Below are positions 24,559 to 31,341 of a stretch of DNA of 50,282 bases, piece by piece. The notes beneath the pieces were generated by a model. It ran no database searches, was not told the origin of the DNA, and worked only from the letters and a program-made list of their open reading frames with translations. Position numbers and translations under genes: made by a program. Location of the stretch: positions 1 to 50,282 of the forward strand of contig JAGGTN010000020.1 in assembly GCA_021163645.1 (NCBI GenBank), read 5' to 3'. The stretch is from Candidatus Micrarchaeota archaeon. Its GTDB lineage: Archaea > Micrarchaeota > Micrarchaeia > Anstonellales > JAGGTN01. How positions within the stretch are numbered: position 1 is the first letter of the stretch; the number at the start of each line of letters is the position of its first letter.

Positions 24559-25881
24559 ATGGAGTATACATTTCTAGAAAAGTTAGGTATTACTAAAAAT
24601 GAGGCTAGAATATATATAACTCTCATAAACGAAGGACAAATGACTATAGGTAATATAATAAAAAAAGTAGGACTTCATAGAGGTTCTACTTATAATATTA
24701 TTCAAAGGTTGATTGAGAAAGGTTTAATTTCATTTGTGGATAAAGAAAATAAAAGATATTATCAAGCTTCAAATCCAAGAATATTATTTAGTTTAATAGA
24801 GAAAAAGGAAAAAGAGTTAGACTTAGAAAAGAGATATATAATAAAACTAATTCGTGAAATTAAAGATAGAAAAACAATTGCTAATAAATCGGTTGATATA
24901 AGTGTAACGTTGGGATTGAAAGCATTTAAGAACTTCTTTCGAGAAATGCTGAATGAATTAGAATCCACTGGCGATGAATATTATTTTATCGGGAATTCAA
25001 ATGAGTTGATAAGACATCTAGGGGTAAATTATTATCAGTATACGCAAAATAGAAAAGCAAAATTAGGAATTAAATCTAAGATAATTCTTGGAGAAAGTTC
25101 AAGAAAAAGTCAGGAGAAGGTTGTGGGTAAGGTTCGGTATGTTGAAGAAAATATTATTACTCCAGCTTCTACATGGATGTATAAAAATAAGATTATAATC
25201 GTTGTTTGGGATATTAATCCAATTATTATATTAACTATAAAGAGTGAATCAGTTTTTAGATCATATAAACGATTTTTTGATGTATTATGGAATAAACCAA
25301 CATATTTTTCAGATCTGGAAAATTTTGAAGGTGAATATATTAGTTTAATGAAGAATTGTAGATATTTGAAGATAATGTCAAGATTGAATTCAGTTCCTTT
25401 TATAATATATCCAAAAAAAGAAAATGAATTCGTAGAAATGCGTAGATACGTAAGGAGAAAAAGGAAAACTTTTTACAGCCTAAAGTTTGATGTAAAAGTG
25501 TTAAAGATGTATAAAAGGTTATGGAAAAGAAAAATACCAACTTATTTTTTAATAAATCTAAGTGGAATTGAGTTTTTATTTAATATTATGATGAAAAAGA
25601 AAGGATACAAATGGATTGTAGATTATGTAAATAAATTAAAAAAAGAAATTAAAAGATATAATGCAAAGGTTAAAGTAATAAAATATACTCCAATATTTAT
25701 TTATATCAGTCATAACAAATTAATAAAAGTGTTATCAAATCGTTCTGAAAATATCTATGGAATGATTAGTCTTGACCCTAGAATAATAAATGAATATAAT
25801 AATATTTTTGATGCTTATTTTGATATGGGCGAAGATATCTTTGATTTTCTTGAAGAATACTTAAAAAAAAATAAGAAATGA
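24559..25881 (+). CDS. TrmB-family transcriptional regulator with an extended C-terminus
   Basis: N-terminal winged HTH LEKLGITKNEARIYITLINEGQMTIGNIIKKVGLHRGSTYNIIQRLIEKGLISFV..RYYQASNP. The C-terminal half appears to repeat the effector-like domain. ATG at 24559 preferred over TTG at 24547. Confidence 0.7.
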   Translation: MEYTFLEKLGITKNEARIYITLINEGQMTIGNIIKKVGLHRGSTYNIIQRLIEKGLISFVDKENKRYYQASNPRILFSLIEKKEKELDLEKRYIIKLIREIKDRKTIANKSVDISVTLGLKAFKNFFREMLNELESTGDEYYFIGNSNELIRHLGVNYYQYTQNRKAKLGIKSKIILGESSRKSQEKVVGKVRYVEENIITPASTWMYKNKIIIVVWDINPIIILTIKSESVFRSYKRFFDVLWNKPTYFSDLENFEGEYISLMKNCRYLKIMSRLNSVPFIIYPKKENEFVEMRRYVRRKRKTFYSLKFDVKVLKMYKRLWKRKIPTYFLINLSGIEFLFNIMMKKKGYKWIVDYVNKLKKEIKRYNAKVKVIKYTPIFIYISHNKLIKVLSNRSENIYGMISLDPRIINEYNNIFDAYFDMGEDIFDFLEEYLKKNKK

Positions 25882-25909
25882 ATATAAAAAACATAAGAGT
25901 TAGAATCAA

Positions 25910-26493
25910 TTATCCACCTATGCTTTTATTTTCTTGCTCTGCTTGCATCTTTTTTATTATTTCATTTAAATCGCATATGGTTCCGCCACTCACTTGGAAT
26001 TTATCATCGCCAAAGTTGTTTAATTCACAATGATAATTGGTTTTGCCTTCTATCTTCTCTGGTGATACTGCTTCGGTTGCCGTTTCATTCCCAGTTATGC
26101 TCTTGTTCATCTCCATTTTTATCCAATCACAGCCAGGAATAGTTTCCTTTCCTTTGGATGATTTCAGGTATACCGTGTCGCCTTTTATGATTTCAACAGC
26201 AGACATTTGGTCAGATGTTATCTCTATCCTGATATCCTTACCTTTTACATACATAATGGCATGTGTTAGTTGTCCTGATCGCTGATCTGTGTAATCAAAT
26301 GTACACTTAACTGGTTTACCTAGGCGATTATTGATTTCCATGCCATTGTATCCAAATTCTGTGTTTGGGTTTGATTTATATCTTGATTTTGTGTTTCATT
26401 TGTATTAGATGTATTTGTTCCTCCTGTGCATCCCAGGGTCATTAATGATATGAACGTTAACCCTAAGAATAGGTATATGTATGTTTTTTTCAT
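25910..26493 (-). pseudogene. Lipoprotein gene split by a frameshift (signal peptide/lipobox ORF plus 143-aa domain ORF)
   Basis: From 26493, the minus strand reads MKKTYIYLFLGLTFISLMTLGCTGGTNTSNTNETQNQDINQTQTQNLDTMAWKSIIA*. The 143-aa ORF (25910-26341) is in another frame, and its frame stays open upstream (..NPNTEFGYNGMEINN). The two overlap at ATGGCATGG. Confidence 0.5.
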
Positions 26494-26521
26494 AAACTCA
26501 CCTCTATTTCATTATGCTTCA

Positions 26522-26627
26522 CGCCTCCACGGGGATTTTCAGTCATCCTAACCTAAGAAAATTAGCCTTTGAACCCCGATCCCAGCCTCCGCAAGGCAGT
26601 ATTCTGTCCAGGTTAAACTATGGAGGC
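26522..26627 (-). tRNA. tRNA-Arg (anticodon GCG) with a ~32-nt intron in the T-loop
   Basis: Hand fold: acceptor GCCTCCA/TGGAGGC; D arm GTTT-AACCTGGACA-GAAT; anticodon arm CTGCC-TTGCGGA-GGCTG (one U-U mismatch). The T stem CGGGG/CCCCG is separated by 39 nt (TTCAAA + 32 nt + T). Intron about 26536-26567. CCA not encoded. Confidence 0.7.
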
Positions 26628-26876
26628 ACATAAGTATTTAAATATTCATGCATCATGTATTTAAAAGTTTATCTGAGTTTTTCCTATGAAATTAGGAGAG
26701 TTTTTCTGTTATGTATAAATCAAAACTTTTATACAGGCAAAAATATGTTTATAAATTTAAATATGCATTTTATTATCATATTTGCTTAAAAAAAGAAAGG
26801 TTTATAAATGTGTATTTATATAAATATCTATGTAACAAAATTAAAATGTTAAAAAGTTATTTAAAGGGGTGGGGAA

Positions 26877-27620
26877 ATGCCAAGAAGAAAAGTAACTGAA
26901 ATTAAATATGATATAAATGATAGTGCTGTTGAAAGGTTGAAGAATTATAATATTAATTATGTTAAGAGGAAACGTTCGGAGGAAAAGGCAAAAATCTCCA
27001 ATAGAGTTTATAGGCTTATTAGTATGGGTCAGAGGTTATATGAACAAGGTAAGAGGGAGAAAGATAATTTTAATAAGATTGGATTATATTCATTGGAAGA
27101 AGCATATGAGATTGTTAAGAAAAATAGAATACCTATTTCGTTCCGTGCATTTGGCGGGAGGGTTGAAAGGAAAAGTATTCCATCAGTTAAGATTGGTAGA
27201 AAACGTTTTATCCCATCACTTCTTTTAGAAGATTGGATTTCATTGTATGATGAATTTTATACAGTAAGGGATGCATTTAAGAAACTTAAAAAGTATGAGA
27301 GAGGCCTTAATTTGCGTGCATTTATTGGCAGGGTAGAAAAGAACAGTATTCCATCAATTAAGATCGGAACGCAACGATGGATCCCAAAGACTTATATTGA
27401 CGAATATGCAAAAGTGGTTAAGAATTATCATACTGTTTCGTCCGCTATGAATGAACTTAGGAAAAATGGGATTAAGATTCGTAGGAATGCTTTTGAAAGG
27501 AGAATAGATAGGGGTCGCATTCCGCATGTGAAAATTGGCGGTAAGAGATTTATCCCAAAAGATGTTGTCAAGCAAGTAATAAAAGGCGAGCTTGATAGGA
27601 TGAAAAATAGAAATAAATAA
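26877..27620 (+). CDS. DNA-binding protein with three tandem excisionase/MerR-type HTH (HTH_17-like) repeats
   Basis: Three 57-aa units (nt 27087-27599): ..RAFGGRVERKSIPSVKIGRKRFIPS.., ..RAFIGRVEKNSIPSIKIGTQRWIPK.., ..NAFERRIDRGRIPHVKIGGKRFIPK.., preceded by a basic N-terminal region. Confidence 0.6.
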   Translation: MPRRKVTEIKYDINDSAVERLKNYNINYVKRKRSEEKAKISNRVYRLISMGQRLYEQGKREKDNFNKIGLYSLEEAYEIVKKNRIPISFRAFGGRVERKSIPSVKIGRKRFIPSLLLEDWISLYDEFYTVRDAFKKLKKYERGLNLRAFIGRVEKNSIPSIKIGTQRWIPKTYIDEYAKVVKNYHTVSSAMNELRKNGIKIRRNAFERRIDRGRIPHVKIGGKRFIPKDVVKQVIKGELDRMKNRNK

Positions 27621-27630
27621 TATGTTTATA

Positions 27631-27773
27631 AGCCTCGGGAGGGATAATCATACTTACTGGAATGCAATCAACCAGATGGTATCTTGAACCCCCGACCTGC
27701 TGCTTTATTTCTCAGAACTGTTTGTTCAGTTGAGAGTTACAAGGCAGCCGCTCTACCACTGAGCTACCGAGGC
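27631..27773 (-). tRNA. tRNA-Thr (anticodon UGU) with two introns (canonical 37/38 and T-loop)
   Basis: Hand fold: acceptor GCCTCGG/CCGAGGC; D arm GCTC-AGTGGTA-GAGC; anticodon stem GCTGC/GCAGC; loop CTTGTA[33-nt intron, 27705-27737]A. T stem GGGGG/CCCTC, with loop TTCAA[38-nt intron, 27646-27683]AT. Confidence 0.75.
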
Positions 27774-27964
27774 ATTTGAGCGAAGCGAAAATGCTGAGGT
27801 TGCAAACGAATCATAGTTGTTTGATCAACCAGTTTGATTTATATTAAATACATGAAATTTTATTAAAGACCTTTTTTAAATATATTGGTTAATATATTAT
27901 CAGTTCTATTTGTATATATGTTTATATAACTAACGATAATTAAATATTAATAAGAGGTGTTGAT

Positions 27965-28114
27965 ATGGCTAAGTTTCCTGAAGCAGATGCTGAACTGAAA
28001 AAAATATGGATATGCAAAAAATGCAAAGCTAGAAATAAAGTTGGTGTTAAGAAATGCAGAAAGTGTGGCTATCCTTATCTGAGACCAAAGAAGATGGGGA
28101 CAAAGAAGAAGTAA
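27965..28114 (+). CDS. rpl40e: Ribosomal protein L40e
   Basis: My own translation (49 aa): MAKFPEADAELKKIWICKKCKARNKVGVKKCRKCGYPYLRPKKMGTKKK. RBS AGAGGTG upstream. Confidence 0.85.
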   Translation: MAKFPEADAELKKIWICKKCKARNKVGVKKCRKCGYPYLRPKKMGTKKK

Positions 28115-28171
28115 GTTGAAAAAGCGTTTTCTAATAGTGATATTAATGGTGATAAGTATTTTATCTTCTAT

Positions 28172-28310
28172 GCGGGGGTGCCGGAGTCTGGTCAAACGGG
28201 CTGGACTTAAGACATTTTCTCTATAAAGAAAATATGAGAGAAAACTTTATATATTGAGAAAAGAAATCCAGTGACTTAGGTCTGCTAGGGTTCAAATCCC
28301 TACCCCCGCA
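28172..28310 (+). tRNA. tRNA-Leu (anticodon UAA) with a 54-nt intron at 37/38
   Basis: Acceptor GCGGGGG/CCCCCGC; class II variable arm TGACTTAGGTCTGC; anticodon stem CTGGA/TCCAG; loop CTTAAG[intron 28212-28265]A; T arm TAGGG-TTCAAAT-CCCTA. Confidence 0.85.
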
Positions 28311-28377
28311 CTTTTTCTTTCGGTGTCCTCAGTTCCTTCGGACATCCAAAGAAAACCTGCACTAAAAGAAAGGAAAA
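28311..28377 (+). repeat. Conserved 67-nt tRNA-Leu trailer element, copy 1 (oligo-T, hairpin, AAAACCTGCACTAAAAGAAAGG box)
   Basis: 6 differences in 67 nt against 30694-30760 by hand alignment. Hairpin GGTGTCC..GGACATC at 28322-28346. A partial extra box copy lies at 28432-28465, and an inverted 16-nt exact copy within 28728-28747. Confidence 0.7.
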
Positions 28378-28803
28378 AAAAAGAAAGACGAACAAAAGCA
28401 TGCAATAAAAGAAATGAAAGGGAAAACCACTCCCAAAGAAAACATGGACTAAAAGAAAGGAAAAGAGAACCACACGATCAAAGATAAACATAAAAAGAAA
28501 TCAAAAAGGAAAAAGGCATGATAAAAATTTTATATAAAATTCGACAAGAAAACCCTGCCTTTTAAGGCAGGATGAATAACCTAAGCCGAATGTCATAAAT
28601 GGCAATTCATTTACGAACATGCTCACAAATATTTATTTGTGACAATTTATAGCTGTTGAATGGTTGACAAATCTTCAATTTGCCAAGTTGCAATCTTTGA
28701 TTGTCATAATGAAGCATCCTCGCTCTACCTTTTTAGTGCAGGTTTTGCCCGATGGGCAAAAAGTGTGCTTATCAGTTTCAATATTATATGATATTGAGAA
28801 TGA

Positions 28804-29124
28804 TTATTTTAATTTAAGTATTGCCTCGGCAATATTTCCTTCAGTTTCTTCCAATGCTTTGGTTACTTCATCTCTATTTTTGCCTGTCTGCTCCATAACC
28901 ATTTTTATATCCTCTTCAGGTATTGTTATTTCTTCCTTTGGTTCGCCTATGATTTGATATGTCTTCTGGCCTTTCATATCTATCTCAGTTACTGAAGGGT
29001 TTTCAATAATGAGCCGATTTCCTTCCATCTCGAATATTACCCTATTTACACTTAGCTCATTTGTTTTTATCCCCATTTGTTTCATCATTTTTGCCATTTG
29101 TTTTGGATTCATTCCAGAAAACAT
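28804..29124 (-). CDS. nac: Nascent polypeptide-associated complex protein (archaeal NAC)
   Basis: MNPKQMAKMMKQMGIKTNEL..VIFEMEGNRLIIENPSVTEIDMKGQKTYQIIG, plus a UBA-like C-terminus VTKALEETEGNIAEAILKL. Confidence 0.85.
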   Translation of the reverse strand: MFSGMNPKQMAKMMKQMGIKTNELSVNRVIFEMEGNRLIIENPSVTEIDMKGQKTYQIIGEPKEEITIPEEDIKMVMEQTGKNRDEVTKALEETEGNIAEAILKLK

Positions 29125-29135
29125 ATTCTCACCTT

Positions 29136-29726
29136 TTATTTTATTGAAATTACATCTACTCTTCTAACAACTGCTTTATCTATGGGAACGATCTTTTTTG
29201 CAACATTCTTTAACTCATTCGCAAACTGGCCAAACATTAAAGTTTTCATTACATCATCAAAATCTTTCTCGCCTACAATTTTTTTCGCTGTTTCTCGTAT
29301 CGCCAATCTTATCGAGGTTTGCGCAGATTTACTAACTTTATTTGCTGTGATTATAATTGGTTTTATTCTAAGACTGATATTATCCTTTGTTTTTACTTCT
29401 ATTACATCATCAACAGTTGTTCTTCGCCTCCTTACGATGGTATTGATGTATGAACCAATCATCGCGTATCCTTTAATCCATGTAAAGGCTTTGTTTCCTT
29501 TTACGCTTTTCACCTTAAACCAGATGTTAGTGTATAATCCATTTTCATCAAATTTGCCAGTGACATCTGCAAGGCTTGTCTTGACTACATTATTTATTAT
29601 GCTTTCATCATCTACTCCTGGGATTTCGCATATTACTTTTTCTTCAAACATGCTTGGTGCTATGACTTCATACCATTTTTTTGATTTGTACTTATCTTTC
29701 GTCTTTATTGTTCTTTTTCTTGCCAT
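29136..29726 (-). CDS. rps3ae: Ribosomal protein S3Ae (eS1)
   Basis: MARKRTIKTKDKYKSKKWYEVIAPSMF.. matches the S3Ae pattern. The ATG at 29726 is preceded by AAGGTGAT; the track's GTG is inside the RBS. Confidence 0.85.
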   Translation of the reverse strand: MARKRTIKTKDKYKSKKWYEVIAPSMFEEKVICEIPGVDDESIINNVVKTSLADVTGKFDENGLYTNIWFKVKSVKGNKAFTWIKGYAMIGSYINTIVRRRRTTVDDVIEVKTKDNISLRIKPIIITANKVSKSAQTSIRLAIRETAKKIVGEKDFDDVMKTLMFGQFANELKNVAKKIVPIDKAVVRRVDVISIK

Positions 29727-29737
29727 GATTATCACCT

Positions 29738-30193
29738 TTATTTAACAAGCAATGCAGCTGTATCAGGATCATATACCCAATCTGCCGGTAGTTTTCCTAT
29801 TCTTCTGTAATACCTAACTAGTCTTTTGATCTTAGCTTCTGTATGTGAGAGTTTTATTCTGTTATGGATGTCCCTTTTATTTTCTGATAAATGTTTTCTC
29901 ACCCTAACCGCTTTTTTAATAAGATTTAAAAGATCATCAGGATAATCAATCTTTATTCCATTGTCTTTCATAATCTGGGTAATTGTTTTTTTGCATATCA
30001 CTCTGACATTTGGAATCCCGTATTCATCCCTCAATCTTAATCCTATTATTGTGGAATTCATACCTTGCTTTGCCATTTTTACTATTAACTCTTCGATCTC
30101 TTTTGAATTCAGTTTAACCCAATCAGGTGCAACCTTTATCTGAGGTCTTTTGGAACTCGATTTACCTCTTTTCTTGCTATGCATTCTTGCCAT
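29738..30193 (-). CDS. rps15: Ribosomal protein S15 (uS15, S13e-type)
   Basis: MARMHSKKRGKSSSKRP.. N-terminus and ..HTEAKIKRLVRYYRRIGKLPADWVYDP C-terminus are typical of archaeal S15. Confidence 0.85.
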   Translation of the reverse strand: MARMHSKKRGKSSSKRPQIKVAPDWVKLNSKEIEELIVKMAKQGMNSTIIGLRLRDEYGIPNVRVICKKTITQIMKDNGIKIDYPDDLLNLIKKAVRVRKHLSENKRDIHNRIKLSHTEAKIKRLVRYYRRIGKLPADWVYDPDTAALLVK

Positions 30194-30525
30194 AATCTCA
30201 CCTGCCGGATGACATTAAGCAATTCAGAATATTCCAAAAAATATTCTAAAATTACTCTTTGTCTCCCAAAAAGTAGATATCTTTATGAATAAACATGTTT
30301 TTAAATATTTGTATCTTTTTGCTATGTTGGAAACTCAGGTTTGTCTCCTTTCATTTCGTGTTGTTGACTATGATAGGTCGGGAGGCCAGATTACCAAACC
30401 ATCCAATCATTATCAAAGATAAAAATAAATAAACTTAAATTGATCTCTACACAGCCATAAGATGAAAACTAATAAGATGAAAACTATTTAAATATTCATA
30501 TCTTCATATAATATAAAATAATTGT

Positions 30526-30693
30526 GCGGGGGTGCCGGAGTGGTCAAACGGGCTGGACTCAAGATGCACTTTCTTTCTCTTCCAAAAGAAAAATTCTTAC
30601 TAAGAAAAAAGGTTTTTCAATGGGATAAAGAAAGTAAGTAGATAAGTCATCCTGTGGCTTAGGCCTACTAGGGTTCGAATCCCTACCCCCGCA
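30526..30693 (+). tRNA. tRNA-Leu (anticodon CAA) with an 85-nt intron at 37/38
   Basis: Same acceptor, D and T arms as the UAA isoacceptor. Loop CTCAAG[intron 30564-30648]A; the 3' anticodon stem TCCTG gives one U-U mismatch. The variable arm TGGCTTAGGCCTAC has compensatory changes relative to copy 1. Confidence 0.8.
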
Positions 30694-30760
30694 CTTTTTC
30701 TTTCGGTGTCCTCAGTTTCTTCGGACACCCAAATAAAACCTATACTAAAGGAAAGGAAAA
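30694..30760 (+). repeat. Conserved 67-nt tRNA-Leu trailer element, copy 2
   Basis: Aligns with 28311-28377. The hairpin GGTGTCC..GGACACC (30705-30729) has G-C where copy 1 has G-U. Confidence 0.7.
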
Positions 30761-30861
30761 GAAATATGAGTAAAAAAAAGGAGTAAGGAGGAACCACATA
30801 TTCCAGAAATCCTTTTAAAATAGTTGGTGTAAATAGATAATCTAATAATATGGGTGATTTT

Positions 30862-31341
30862 ATGGCAGAAATAATTATCAATGCGATGGTTGAAGGAGGA
30901 TCGGCATCAGCCGGGCCACCGTTAGGTCCTGCATTAGGTCCTTTAAAAGTGAATATTGGGCAGGTAATTGCTAAGATTAATGAAAAAACGAAAGGATTTA
31001 AAGGTATAAAGGTTCCTGTAAAGGTAATAGTTGATAAAGACTCGAAGGAATTCCGTATTGAAGTAGGTAGTCCACCAGTATCCGAACTTCTCAAGAAAAA
31101 AGCAGGTATTGAAAAAGGTAGAAAAGAAAAAGGCGAGGTGGTAGGAGATATAAAACTTGAATCTGTTATTGAATTAGCGAAATCAATCAGGGATAAATCT
31201 TTATCAAGAACTTTAAAATCAACAACAAAAGAGGTTTTGGGTACATGTATTTCATTGGGTTTAAATTGTAATGGCAAACCAGCATTAGAGGTTATAAAGG
31301 AGATTAACGATGGAAAACATGACACCTTGTTTTCTGAATGA
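30862..31341 (+). CDS. rpl11: Ribosomal protein L11 (uL11)
   Basis: MAEIIINAMVEGGSASAGPPLGPALGPLKVNIGQVIAKINEKT..FRIEVGSPPVSELLKKKAGIEKG. The ATG at 30862 is preceded by GGGTGA. Confidence 0.9.
   Translation: MAEIIINAMVEGGSASAGPPLGPALGPLKVNIGQVIAKINEKTKGFKGIKVPVKVIVDKDSKEFRIEVGSPPVSELLKKKAGIEKGRKEKGEVVGDIKLESVIELAKSIRDKSLSRTLKSTTKEVLGTCISLGLNCNGKPALEVIKEINDGKHDTLFSE

Noticed and set aside
30194-30525. Possible small RNA in the 330-bp gap upstream of rps15 and tRNA-Leu(CAA), e.g. around gttgactatgataggtcgggaggccagattacc.
   Set aside because: Only weak C-box-like matches, with no D box or convincing stem. The region probably carries the divergent promoters of rps15 and the tRNA.
28212-30648. 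C/D-box guide sRNAs embedded in the long tRNA-Leu introns or in the tRNA-Leu trailers.
   Set aside because: No RUGAUGA C box paired with a CUGA D box was found at appropriate spacing in either intron or trailer.
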